Positions 1 through 10,873 are shown, counted from the stretch's first letter. The stretch: 20,000 nucleotides of DNA from Moniliella sp. 'wahieum' (GCA_003971905.1 RSEE01000079.1:303657-323656), one strand, 5' to 3'. Notes: generated by a model not told the origin, from the sequence alone. Numbers and translations: made by a program.

Positions 1-1
1 G

Positions 2-27
2 TCAGGCCTCACATGTCACATGTCACA
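2..27. repeat. Compound array TCAGGCC (TCACATG)2 TCACA
   Basis: Read directly from the sequence. Confidence 0.9.
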
Positions 28-725
28 GCGAGGCCTGAGCGGAATTGCGGCCACCAACCACATCCATTCGGCAACTCTGACGCCGGTGGCTTGGCACCCA
101 GCATCCCCAACAGCATCCCCTCAGTGCCCTCTAATTATTGTGGCTACAACAGCTCAGGACCGGGGTGCGGAAGCACAGGAACAGTGTCTGCCCAAGTGGC
201 CATCAGTCCTCTGCATGCCTCGCTCAGCACTCTGGTAGCACATCCGACCATCGCTGGTGCCGGTGAGCCGAGCGGAGAAGAAAGGCCGGAGGCGCTGGGG
301 GGGCATCAGGTGCATCAGGCCTTGGCCTTATTAGACCGTAGGAACTTTCCGTCGCAGCGAGCACAGTAAGATTGTTCCAGCAGAATAGGCCATTTCTCGG
401 GTTGTGACATGTGATCGGTCATAGATCTGTTTGGTGTGTATAGCCCGTTGTGGCAACTTGAAGCTTGAAGTTTGATGCGCGGGACCACCGGACCCTTCTG
501 GGCTATTTCGATTTCAACGCTGGCGAAGAATCGCCAGATATAGCCAAAATGCTATCGGTTGAACGTTGAACCTCAACAACGCTCAACCAACTCGTTGAAG
601 GTTGAGGCCGTTGAACGTTGAGGTTTGTCCGTTGACATCAACGTTTACCGTCAACGCAACGGTTGAGGACATTGAGGCGTTTCTGAGCCACCCGGTGGCT
701 CGTGCTTTGGCCAATGTCCCTGTAT

Positions 726-1588
726 TGTCACGGGGCGGGCCCACCAGGGGGCACACCCGGGGTTTGGGGGTAATACGATCCCTTAGGCGACGGTAGCCGT
801 CGACTCACGGTAGTTTCGGGCTCAGGCTAGTTGGTGAATCCGAGCGGAGATAGGGACGAGGAGAGGCCTTTGGTGGGGCGGCTGCACGTGTGGCAAGGCT
901 GCGTCTGCACCGGCTTGGGCCGTAGTAACGTGTCTGAAGCCTCCGGGACTTAGGGACGGGAGGGCAGGCAGAGGGGGACAAACACTGCCTCGACTGAGAC
1001 TGAATAGATACTGGAAATCGACGCGGCCAAAGGAGGGCTCGCGCGACTGGACTGACGGATTGCTGGAGGACGAGGTCGGAGGAAAAGTCACGCTAACAAG
1101 AAGAGGCTGCCTGTACTGGATCAATTGGCTGGAAAACGGGCAGGAGTCGGACAGGATAGGCGGGAAAGGACGAGAATGGAGGGTAGACGAGAATGGAAGG
1201 TGGGGGAAAGGATCCCCATCAACCACAGGGGTACAGGCAAGATCAAAAGGGAAACGGATACAAGAGGGGTTAGAAATGAAAAGACACGTCAAAGCGGGTT
1301 GGTGGTCGCAGGCGCGACCGAAAGGAAAAGGAAACAGGGACGGAGCCGACAGAGTCGTCGCAACGACACTGGAAGCTCAGTGGCCTTATTTAGGTCAGCC
1401 GTCTTGGACTTAATAGGCGGGGGCGCCTATTGTCGCGCGGACGCATGGCCCTTCGGACCAAGGTACCTAATTTAGCCAACCATCATCACACTTGGTTTTG
1501 GCCTGCGGAGCGCGCTCTACTGGGCATGTGCAGAGCAGGCGGGCCTTGGCTTGGGTCGGGCCGTCTCGGGTCCACCGCAGCCGTAACA
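726..1588 (-). mobile_element. Candidate solo LTR (863 bp), related to 3466-3816
   Basis: Ends TGTCACGG...CCGTAACA. It shares GGGG.ACACCCGGGG(G)TTT.GGGGTA and ACTCACGG.AG with the reverse complement of 3466-3816. The minus strand has a TATA-like CTATTAAG followed by a pyrimidine-rich tract. No TSD (TGTAT vs CATTT). Confidence 0.5.
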
Positions 1589-2676
1589 CATTTCCTCCTC
1601 AGGCCTAGGAGTTCCGTTTTCTTCTCTCTCCTGTTTTTCCTTTTGTAGTTGGGCAGCTTAGCCCCTGGTGGAGACTCGCTGTTTGATGTTCCTCTTTACT
1701 ATGGCGTTGCTGGCTGGCTTAGTTCACACCACCACCAGTACGATTGCATCACCCTCGAGGACCATCCGGACTCCAGGGCTCATCAGTTGATCAACCCCCG
1801 AAGTTTGAGGCTTGAACGGTTGAATCCAGGAAGGAGAGTATCGCAAGTAATTCACCGAAGGGAACCGGGCTTGGGCTATACCGGTGCCACTATACTACTA
1901 CTATATACCCCCAGTGTTACTATATTATGGGGGTCTGATGCTGAGGCGGAACAAACTGTCTGGAGTCGTGAGGTGGAGAGGAAAGGGCGTGAGATGGATT
2001 TGTTGGTACATCGATGGAGACGGACTGGAGGTGTCTGCTATACCTCAGAAGGGGAAAAGGGGGCACAGCGAGAGATACACACAGGATCTCCCAACGGATA
2101 TAGGAACCACGACATCGTGCCCATACGGGCCTACTAGTGGGCTAAGGGCCCCTGGCACGGAGCGATGAGTCTAACAGCTACCTCCGCATCAGTGCGAAAT
2201 GATGAGAGCATCGGAGGGGGTGTTGCCAATGTGTGGGCGGATCCCTGTAACTAGAGTACAAATTGAAGCTGTGTATCCGTTACAAATACGAAGACAAGTG
2301 GGACCAAGCGCGCCAGGACTACATAAGAGCCTGGAACACCTCAGTACGAGAGAAAGTATGTGACGGACGGCAAAGGGAAGAGGTACTAAAAACATGTCAA
2401 CACATATATTGTGTGCTACACTACTTAGTTAGTCGGTCGCTTTGTGCTTCGTTATAAAACCGACAGGCCGGTCGACTCTTCCGCGTCTGTGGGCGATAGT
2501 TTTTTTCAACACACCTTTTATAATTGGCGTAGACAATGATCCGGCTATACGTTCTTGTCCCTAGTATATACAGTCCGGTTCATGCACGTTCATGATATGT
2601 ATAGTTTCTGACTATTCTCCTCGTTCTGTTGAACTGTGGGCTCCCGTTAGCCCGCCTTCACTTTTCCGAAGTTGTA

Positions 2677-2935
2677 AGCCAAAACTTTTGCTCCAAAACG
2701 GCCAGTGCCCGTACAATATTGTCGCACTTTTTTCTTATTTGTTACGCGAGGAACGGGGGGGCACGCACAGAACTGTGTTTCATTGGAGAACAAGCTGGTC
2801 CTCTGGTTGTCCATGAGCTCGAGACACTTATGGAGGTTGGCATTGAGAAAAAAACGAAGTGTAGTTGAACGCATTGCAGTGATGCTCAACCAACACATTG
2901 GGACCATCCGCCTCATGGTTGAGGTTCTTGAATAG
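2677..2935 (-). pseudogene. Degenerate coding relic with a diverged paralog at ~12507-12755
   Basis: Colinear shared words: AAGCCAA, GCACTTT, ATTTG, GAGGAACGG, GAACTG, GAGCTCGAG, GTTGAACG, CAACCAA, ATTGGG, GAGGTTCTTGA. Minus-strand peptide PFLA*QIRKKC aligns with PFLTKQIKRKC. Confidence 0.45.
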
Positions 2936-3465
2936 ATCTTGCCAACACTCCTCTTCTATATCACAATGTCGATGATCCTCGCCCTCAGCCTTCCGACCAA
3001 CAGCTGAACCGTGGTAAAAAACCGGTGTAAACTCTTTTCCACACCGTGCGGATGAGAGTCTGTTGTATCAACGAAATTGTGGTGATAACTGAAAGGATAG
3101 CCGCCTCACATGCGTGAGGCAGAGCTTATACAGGTACTATGCACGGACGGCCGCATCTACCTAGTTATATATACGGAAGTACTGGAAAATGTGTGCTATT
3201 AGTATTTTCACGCTGCCTTAATCTGTTGTGTGGACTGCGTGACATTGTGACACCTAAGGCTGGCCTAATCCGACGCCACACAAGTGATTTGTTAGGACGG
3301 GTTTCCTTTGCTGATAGTCCCAATAACTGAGGAACAGTTGAAAAAATCATCCTGGTCTCTGTGTCTACATGTGTTGTTGGGGCGAACCGTGAAATGATTA
3401 AGAGATACTGTGAATTTCCCCGGATTTTCCCCAAGGGAGAGCAACCCCTCCAACTATGTATCGGT

Positions 3466-3816
3466 TGTGACGGGCGAACGCTGGCTGACGAGCCGGCAGA
3501 GCGCGCCGATCCCCTGTCCAGTCCTCAGGCTCTTGTATTCGTGCGAGCTAACGTTGGGAGGCAGGCCAACGGAGCTCTTACCCTCGCCCAAGTCCCAGAA
3601 GAGGCGAACATTGGCTGGCGGGCCAACAGCGCCTCTACCTCCTCCGTTTCCCTGCTCCCAAGATGGCTTTGGCTCGCACCCCCGACGTTCGAAGGAAGGA
3701 GGGGCGTGCCGAGCATCCAAGTACCCAATCCCTGTTCCAAGTCTGGTCTGCCGTGAGTAAACTTTAGGATCTCCAAGGCATTGTACCCCTAAACCCCCGG
3801 GTGTCCCCCTTTGACA
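3466..3816 (+). mobile_element. Candidate solo LTR (351 bp)
   Basis: TGTGACGG...TTTGACA ends, flanked by TCGGT and TAGGT (5-bp TSD with one mismatch). Three imperfect internal repeats start at ~3477, ~3550 and ~3607. The 3' part resembles the reverse complement of 726-815. Confidence 0.6.
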
Positions 3817-4310
3817 TAGGTTCTCTTGTCTGGGATTCATGCCTAGAGAAACTCCTGATTCCCATTGTGCCTGACCCCGGCTTTCTCATTGTGCTGTTGT
3901 ACCAATAATGGTATTATGGTCTCCTCTCATCAGCACCACATTTACCCAATAACTGTTCCAGAGATAGTGTGTGCCCGCCCCCTCCATACACTATGCAGGG
4001 CATTATTTTTTCCCTCCAAGACTCATCAGAGTCCGGCCTCATGGACAACCAAATCTCTATTCTGTAACCATATCATTGACAGAGCATAAGGCTGGTACAA
4101 AGAGACGTTGAGACTAAACCGATCCGTTCATCGAACCGGCGAGTGTTGCTTGTTAATAGCGCCAACCCCATTTAGAGAACCAAGGGAAGACCCTCAGGCC
4201 TGAGCCTCAGGTGCTAAAAGAGACCACCCTTTTACTTGACGTAAAATCTGACGGCAGCATGCCACCTGGCACCTTTAGTGCACCCGCATGCAGTGTATGG
4301 CTGAGAAAAT

Positions 4311-4611
4311 TCCTCCAGCGTGGAACGGTGGACCGGTGAACGGTCGCTACAGTGGCGATGATGGAACCATCGCTCACGTACCCACTCTGTTCTTCTCTCC
4401 GTCTCCCTCCCCCCCTCTATCTACCAGTCCGTTGAGGACTCCGCTGAATGAACGGCACCTAGCACTTCCCCTAATAGCCCGCGGTGGCGACGGTAGCGAC
4501 GACGGAACCGTGGAACAGTGGTGGCCACGGTGGCAACCGTGGCCCGCGCCCAGCACAACAAGCTGGGACGAAGCCCCAGCAGACCGGGCCGTAGGCCCGG
4601 TGGCCTCCTAG
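4311..4611 (+). mobile_element. Non-autonomous Helitron-like element, copy A
   Basis: Two GC-rich hairpins (4562-4580 and ACCGGGCC-GTA-GGCCCGGT at 4583-4601), then CTAG (4608-4611) followed by T. The 5' motif TCCAGCGTGGAAYGGTGG is shared with copy B. The 5' boundary is approximate. Confidence 0.65.
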
Positions 4612-5740
4612 TATATATTTTTCAGGCCTCTAAGGCCTCACTCATCCTAAACTGACGAAGGATTCTCCTCCACACCCTCTTCCTTAAAAAAACTTCATGG
4701 AGAATTGCCGATTGCCATTCTTCCACTGCAGCACGTCTTTTTGACGGTCATTATTCCTCTCTGGTGTCCCTTTTTGTTGCTACCACCCGACCCACTGTTG
4801 CAATGGTGACTAGATTCACCGGTCCCGTTAAGCTCTTTCGGCCTCACAGCCTCCGAGGCTCCGCGGGCTCCGAAGTTTGGTAGCCCGTGTGTATAGCCTG
4901 GTAAGCTAGCGACCAATATAGTAGTTGTTCTGGAGTCCTACTCTCGTCCTCCCGTTTGCCACCAAAAAGTCCCCATCTCTGACCCGCAATCGGTCGTCTA
5001 ATAATAAACACTGTCCTATACGCTCAGCATTCATTGCGGTCTCCATTATCCGAGCGAGTGGATCGGGACGTCGCTGCACCTCTGTGTGATCTTCATTCTT
5101 ATTCTTCCGCATATCGACAGCAATATCTTGACCCCTCGCTGAGCAGATAATCGATCATTCTCGCATACAGACGGCCATGACATGCATGACATGATTGAGG
5201 CATGATGCACATGATAATGCATGAATGTGAACGTCAAAATACTTGGACCACATCATTTTATGCGCCTCTCAACAGGATTATGTTATAGTAACTTTTGGCT
5301 GTTCAAAGTAATGCGTTCTCCCGACTCGTTTACCTGCAGCCTTCATTCCCTTACGCCACCATGCATAAATCTCGCTGATGATGCACTGATGCAGGGTGTA
5401 AGAAAACCACCGATGAAAGTAATAAAACCTGCAGAGAGCCGTCATCGCGTCATAATCGATTCGATCTCCCTCATTCCGGCCTCATTCCTCTGCTCGCTCG
5501 CGCACTCAGGCCTGTGCCTCAGGCCTCATCCCGATCGTTAACAACCAGAATAGGGCATCCAACAGCAACGATGGCTAAGTAGTTTATACGAATCCGTACA
5601 ACATTTGTAAAACGGATAGGAGAGGGAGCATATGGCACGAATGCTAGCAAGAAATGTGTTCTCATATGTGTTGGTATTAATAGAAAAGGTCAGTTTCTTT
5701 TCCGAAAACAAAAATGGGATAACATGGTCGAAACATGGTT

Positions 5741-5855
5741 CATAGCTAATCGAAATGCTGGTTACAAGGTTCGGATAGATATGTGAGTACTACGTACAAA
5801 ATTCAAGGTGGGCAAGGCCCACAAGATTGTGCGCAAGAAATTTCGATTAGCTATG
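5741..5855. mobile_element. MITE-like element, copy 1 (115 bp)
   Basis: Perfect terminal inverted repeat CATAGCTAATCGAAAT...ATTTCGATTAGCTATG, non-coding, with a near-identical copy at 7682-7798. Confidence 0.8.
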
Positions 5856-7023
5856 AGTTATGATCCCTCCCCCCCTCCCGGTGCCTTCATCAACATCCCA
5901 TAGTACCCGCCTCCATCATGCATCACTTTCGCCTTCACCCCTTTCGATCAGCTCATGTCGCCCTTCCCCGTGTTTCATTTCGAGCATGTTAAACACGGTC
6001 TTCCTTTCGGTAACCGGTAAACGGTAAACGCCATTAGTATGCAGTACTTGCAATACCGTCACACGTCATGCATCATGTGCGACATGTGACATCACACGTC
6101 ACTGTCCCTGGTCATTTATTTCCATCACACGGCGCGGTGGTGGTTCCGCATATATCACGCCACGACGAGAAATGTCATTAAGGTCGGGTGAAATACAAAG
6201 CCAAGAATTGTGGACTGCAAGTGATGGTTGAAAGCGCATTCCAGCATGTGTCGGACTATAATACAGTAGACGCGCATAACCCTACTAATTGTATTGTCCA
6301 CATCTGAGGCCAACATTGGCTGTCATTTTATTTACTTTTCGCTGCACCCGCGATTCTGGCAAATATCCACCGTCTTGCATTCGTGACAGGGAAACTCTGC
6401 GCTTACCAGAAGCGCCTGACCATTGGTGTCCTCGATCCTACAGGATACCCCAACCTCCACAGACTGTTTCGGGCCTGTGATGCATGATGCATTGATGAAG
6501 CCTGAGGCCGACGGTGAGGCCGTGGGGTCTGGGGCCTGAGTCATGTGACACAGTACTCCATAATATAATGCCACGCTATACGCACAAAAAAGTCAGGTGT
6601 CTACAGCTCCCGCGGTGGAAATCCATCTGGTATCTATAAACATCATATTGCCTTCCGTCTATAGCTCCGATCAATCTTTAGTTCCGACACCGAAAAATGA
6701 GGATATGTCCTGGAAGCATGACATCTTGGGTACATGTGGCATGTGATATACGACTCTACTAACTAATATTCTACTTGAAGCTTGATTAGAAAGTACCAAG
6801 TATAGCGAAGTCACTAGTCACTAGTTGTTACTAGCCGTGGTTGCTATCACATGCCATTAAAAGCGTCATTGTGTGGGGAAACGACGACCAGTTACATGTT
6901 ACGACAGCGGCCACCGTCAGGTAACGGTCGGCCTTTGGCCATACTATCACTGGTATCACCATAGTTTGCATAATCACTATCATTTAATCTCGGATCCTCA
7001 GACTACACCTGCTGCACAGGACT

Positions 7024-7047
7024 TCAAGCTTCAAGCTTCAAGCTTCA
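7024..7047. repeat. (TCAAGCT)3 TCA tandem array
   Basis: Read directly from the sequence. Confidence 0.95.
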
Positions 7048-7186
7048 CAGTAACTAGTAACAGTTAAAATAGCCACAATGATAGTCAGGAGTTAGTCCAG
7101 CTTCAAGCTCTTCAAGCTTCCAGCCTCAAGGTAGTCAGTAGAGTCAGCGATATTTATTTTTGTCCCTGTTGAGAACGTGTTGAACT

Positions 7187-7231
7187 TCAAGCTTCAAGCT
7201 TCAAGCTTCAACGTTGAACGTTGAACGTTGA
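7187..7231. repeat. Compound 7-bp tandem array (TCAAGCT)3 TCA (ACGTTGA)3
   Basis: Read directly from the sequence. It is the clearest example of the window-wide TCA/TGA + 4-bp-palindrome repeat class. Confidence 0.95.
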
Positions 7232-7681
7232 CCCCCGTGACCGCGTGACCCGGGGGCGGGTTACGCGTTGCGGGTTTTGCCTGCGGTATAAGATTACTTA
7301 AATTAACGTTTTTAACCCCAAAGCGACATGTGAGTCTCCGGTGCTTCCCTGAGCCCGAGGCCTGAGCTCTTGAGATCTGGTATGGCATTCGTGCATCATT
7401 AATCATTAATCATTTTTCATGCTCAAGACAGGGACAAAGAAAGGCTCTGCTCCTATTACCGGAGGGCTCACTCATCCGAGACGTGTGTGCTGCTATTATA
7501 TCCTAGTTCGTGCCAGCTCCCAATCCACAGGAGAGACCAGCGAATGAGTTCGGCCGCAGGTCTGGACCCTCTGGCTCCCGCCATTCGCTTCCAAACCGGA
7601 TGTAGCGCGACCCCGTACGAATGAGCGTGGCACACATGTGCGCGATCGATGAACTACATGATGAACCATAGTATATCTACA

Positions 7682-7798
7682 CATAGCTAATCGAAAATGC
7701 TGGTTACAAGGTTCGGGATAGATATGTGAGTACTACGTACAAAATTCAAGGTGGGCAAGGCCCACAAGATTGTGCGCAAGAAATTTCGATTAGCTGTG
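7682..7798. mobile_element. MITE-like element, copy 2 (117 bp, same orientation)
   Basis: Differs from copy 1 by two homopolymer +1 indels and one substitution in the right TIR. Similarity stops at the TIR ends. Flanked by CA on both sides. Confidence 0.8.
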
Positions 7799-8074
7799 CA
7801 GGATCTGAGATCTGAAGTTGTTATAGCTGTAGTTAGTAGTTAGTGGTTGCTAGTTATTAGTTACTATAGTTACCCTAGTTACCCGAAGTACCACCACTAT
7901 ACTTCCTTTGGTAGCTATAGTTGGGTCTTAGGCGTTGGGAGGTCTGTGGCAAAGGCACCTGAGCCTGAGGGTGACCGGCGACATCGGATGCCATGCATCA
8001 TGCACCATGCACCATGCACCATGCAGTTTCATGTGACGACGGTGACCGCTGATATTATGACAGAGCGGTGACAA

Positions 8075-8112
8075 TCACATGTCACATGTCATCATGCATC
8101 ATACATCATGCA
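8075..8112. repeat. Compound array (TCACATG)2 TCA TCATGCA TCATACA TCATGCA
   Basis: Read directly from the sequence. Confidence 0.9.
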
Positions 8113-8843
8113 TCCTGTGACCTGTGACGTGGTGATCCATTCTGGCGTACCATGTACCACAGCAAACGTTTATAGCACTTGGTACCTTGGTAGCCATCCG
8201 CGATTCTTGCGCTCTGATGGTGCCTGTCACAAATGTCAGGCCCTGAAGCCCCGAGGCCTGACTGGGAGCCTCAGGCCTGTAGCCTCAGGCCTCAGGCCGG
8301 TCAAGCTTGCTTCAAGCTTCCAGCTTCAATGCATCGAGACTGCGTGCGCATCACAACGAAGTATCCAGCAAACGGAGAGAAGGGTATTCTCTACGCTCAG
8401 GCTGTGCGTGAGATCTCAGGCTGAAGCTGACGCGCTGACGTTCAGCGTTCAAGTGATTTACCTGTGAGGTCTGAGACTCAGAGCTATGCCAGGCCCCAGG
8501 AGAAGAGCAGACTACTTGGAACCAGTGACTAGTGACTAGTGAAGCTAGTGATCGAGTGATCCCAACGGATGTGGACTCACGCATCACGCATCATGCATCA
8601 TGATTATATTGACAAGTGCGAGATCTGAGAGAGCGCTAGCACTTTGGGGGACCAATCGATGACCCTGATCATACGGTCTAAGACGGTCTAATGATTTTGT
8701 GATATACCTGGCAGCAGTGTAAAAGGAATAGGAGGCAATCTGACTGAGAACTCTGACAGAACACACAGATATCATCTCTGTGCAAGTGCCCGTGCCCACA
8801 TCATCTAAAACGCTATCCACCGTTTTTCCGTCTCTAGCGAACA

Positions 8844-8850
8844 TATATAA
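8844..8850 (+). promoter_or_regulatory. Candidate TATA box of the zinc-finger gene
   Basis: TATATAA followed by a CT-rich tract (~8895-9070), about 330 bp upstream of the finger exon. This is a typical fungal core-promoter layout. Confidence 0.4.
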
Positions 8851-9173
8851 GGGCGCCTCGTCTGCTTCTATAGGAGACACTCACGCCGTTGCAACCCTTT
8901 CTTGCCTTCCTCTCCTTGCAGCCAGGCCTATTACCTCCATCACTCTCTCTCGGAGGCATAGGGTGCCCACAGACACACCCACTCTCTCCACGTCACTTGT
9001 CTCATCCTCCTGCGTCTTCGCCTGCTGCTTCACCAAATCTGCACCATTTCCGGCTTCCCCCCTTTTTCACTACATTCAGTCTCTAGCGCTCACCAATACG
9101 CACTTTTGCATCATTCATCTTCGCAAGATCGCCACAGACTCCCGAGACCATTGTACCTTGCCCCCCCCGAGCC

Positions 9174-9525
9174 AATGAGCACCACTTCCTCGGCGTGTTC
9201 ACTGCGCCTACCTATCCAAATCCTTCGTCAAATTACACGGCTTCGCCCGAGACGCGTGCGAGTGATGGGGATCAAGAGGAGTCACGAGTTTTTACTTGCA
9301 CTGTCTGTTTTCGCAACTTTAACCGACTCCTCCACCTTCAGCGTCACGAGTACATTCATTCGGACTTGAAGCCTTTCAAATGCCCTTGGTGTCCTAAGGT
9401 AAGTGAATAAATCGCTGGTGTGGTGCTATCCTAGAACTAACGTAAGATATTCTCATCTGAAGTCATTCACACGTCAAGACTCCTTGGTCCGTCATGCGCG
9501 CTTGCACTGCAAAAAAAAGGTGTAA
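9174..9525 (+). CDS. C2H2 zinc-finger transcription factor, two tandem fingers; exons ~9174-9398 and 9463 onward, start codon unresolved
   Basis: Finger 1 is FTCTVCFRNFNRLLHLQRHEYIH, the linker is SDLKPF, and finger 2 is CPWCPK/SFTRQDSLVRHARLH. Finger 2 is joined in frame by removing intron 9399-9462 (GTAAGT...CTAAC...AAG). The nearest ATG (9175) is out of frame. Confidence 0.85.
9399..9462 (+). other. Spliceosomal intron in the zinc-finger gene (64 nt)
   Basis: GTAAGT donor, CTAAC branch site, AG acceptor. Splicing restores a canonical C2H2 finger. Confidence 0.85.
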
Positions 9526-10332
9526 GCTTGTGTCGAAAGCCCTACACAAGCACAAAGGTACGTCTGCTTTTGCATGAACCCTGGTCCCTTTAAGAACCCG
9601 AACCTGAGCGCTGACCACGTTCGCAACTTTACAGCGTGTATGAACTGCTCTGACTTAGAGCAATGTTCACGATGTGCTGGTATAACCGCCGCCCTACTGT
9701 CAAGAAAAAAATATCCCGAGTACTTACTCTCCCGATCATTTCCTCAACGCCTACCGTTGCACCAGCCCGATACAATGCCCTCCAACAGGGATATACTCCA
9801 CCACGGTTTACCGTTCGATGTAGACGCAATAACCCGGCCCCCCATTCATTTACAGACTTGCAGGCTTATCCTATTACGCGCCTTGAATCTGCAGCATCAC
9901 GATCGGGCATGAGTGCGTTGTCCTCTTGTACTTATTTGTGGGTTTATCATATCCAGCTGCAGACTGACTCTTCCTTATTTTACTAGTGACTGTGCCCCTC
10001 TTGAGTCCAGAAGAAAACGGAGGTCCTTCGAGCATGAAGTCTATCATTTCAACGAAGAACGACCTCTCCTCTGTTCCGGAGGGAAGCCTTGACTCCGTCC
10101 CTTCTGCAACAGGTACTCGTACATGCCGTCTCAATTCTCGTCTCGACCCTTCCGGGAGCATTGGCTTCAACTTCGCCCCACTACTCATGCGCAAGAGTCG
10201 CGGGATTCCATTTCCCGGTTGGGTTGTGAGACAGTTCATCCATCTCCTGGCACCCCCACTTCTACCCAAATAGGGAACCCTTTGGATTTGTCCTCTGGTG
10301 AAGGCAGAGCAGCTCAATGCCACCTGGACTGA
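9521..10332 (+). pseudogene. Disrupted downstream part of the zinc-finger gene with a degenerate Zn(II)2Cys6-like motif
   Basis: A 1-nt shift at the A8 run (9511-9518) links finger 2 to ...KHKACMNCSDLEQCSRC. A further acceptor with CTGAC branch ends at ~9986. Ser/Pro-rich frames follow, with shifts and stops. Confidence 0.45.
9558..9634 (+). other. Probable second intron (77 nt)
   Basis: GTACGT donor, GCTGAC branch site, TTTACAG acceptor. The spliced product reads HK-ACMNC. Confidence 0.65.
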
Positions 10333-10848
10333 TTGACGAATCGGAGAGGTGCGTACAAGGCATGTTAATGGACATGCTCCGTACTTGTGAGGTCATGGAA
10401 CGCTCTCTTCGTTCCAAAACCCCGTCTGGTCTCCCTGGCATGGTTACCGAGGAGTTTATATGAACTAAAGAATCCATGCATAGCATTTCCTTCGGGACCG
10501 TGACAAATAATAGTTGATCACAGCTTCACCCGCCTTCTGTTTTGAAGCAGATGAAAGACGACGAATTCCTAGCTGTGTACTATCCTTTTGTTATCACTAT
10601 CCTTCTGTTATCGATTATCAAAAAAAGTTTTGTCGATCTCACAACATGTGTGGTTGTTCTGTTCTCCATGTTTCTGTGCATTCTGATCATAAAAATTCCT
10701 ATTACCCGCTCTGCTGACGCTCGCTGAACGCTGGGGATAGGAAACGCTAGCCCACATCTATCAGCTCCCTCGCAATGAGGGGGACGGATACATGTACAGA
10801 TCTGTATTATTATGGAGATCGCGGTGAGGCTGAGGACTGAATTCAACA

Positions 10849-10873
10849 TTCAGTACGTTCAGTACGTTCAGTA
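10849..10873. repeat. 9-bp tandem repeat (TTCAGTACG) x2.8
   Basis: Read directly from the sequence. The unit contains TCA+GTAC. Confidence 0.85.

Noticed and set aside
822..1475. ORFs of 116-156 aa in both directions
   Set aside because: They lie within a purine/pyrimidine-skewed LTR-like segment, have biased composition and show no domain.
1649..2457. Plus-strand protein-like fragments (e.g. YKYEDKWDQARQDYIRAWN)
   Set aside because: No recognisable motif and no consistent exon chain. It may be a relic, but I cannot support a call.
726..3816. The two LTR-like segments as paired LTRs, or as TIRs, of one element
   Set aside because: Opposite orientation, very different lengths, only a short shared block, no gag/pol or transposase between them, and the second has its own TSD.
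4562..4611. Hairpins as a bacterial rho-independent terminator or a tRNA fragment
   Set aside because: No U-tract directly after the stem and no cloverleaf. The dispersed copies ending CTAG-T fit a Helitron-type end better.
4695..5112. Minus-strand 68-73 aa ORFs with a protein-like look
   Set aside because: Short, interrupted by stops and not assignable to a family.
5741..7798. Repeated 115-bp unit or the 7-bp arrays as a CRISPR array
   Set aside because: No regular repeat-spacer periodicity, no cas genes, and the context is eukaryotic with spliceosomal introns.
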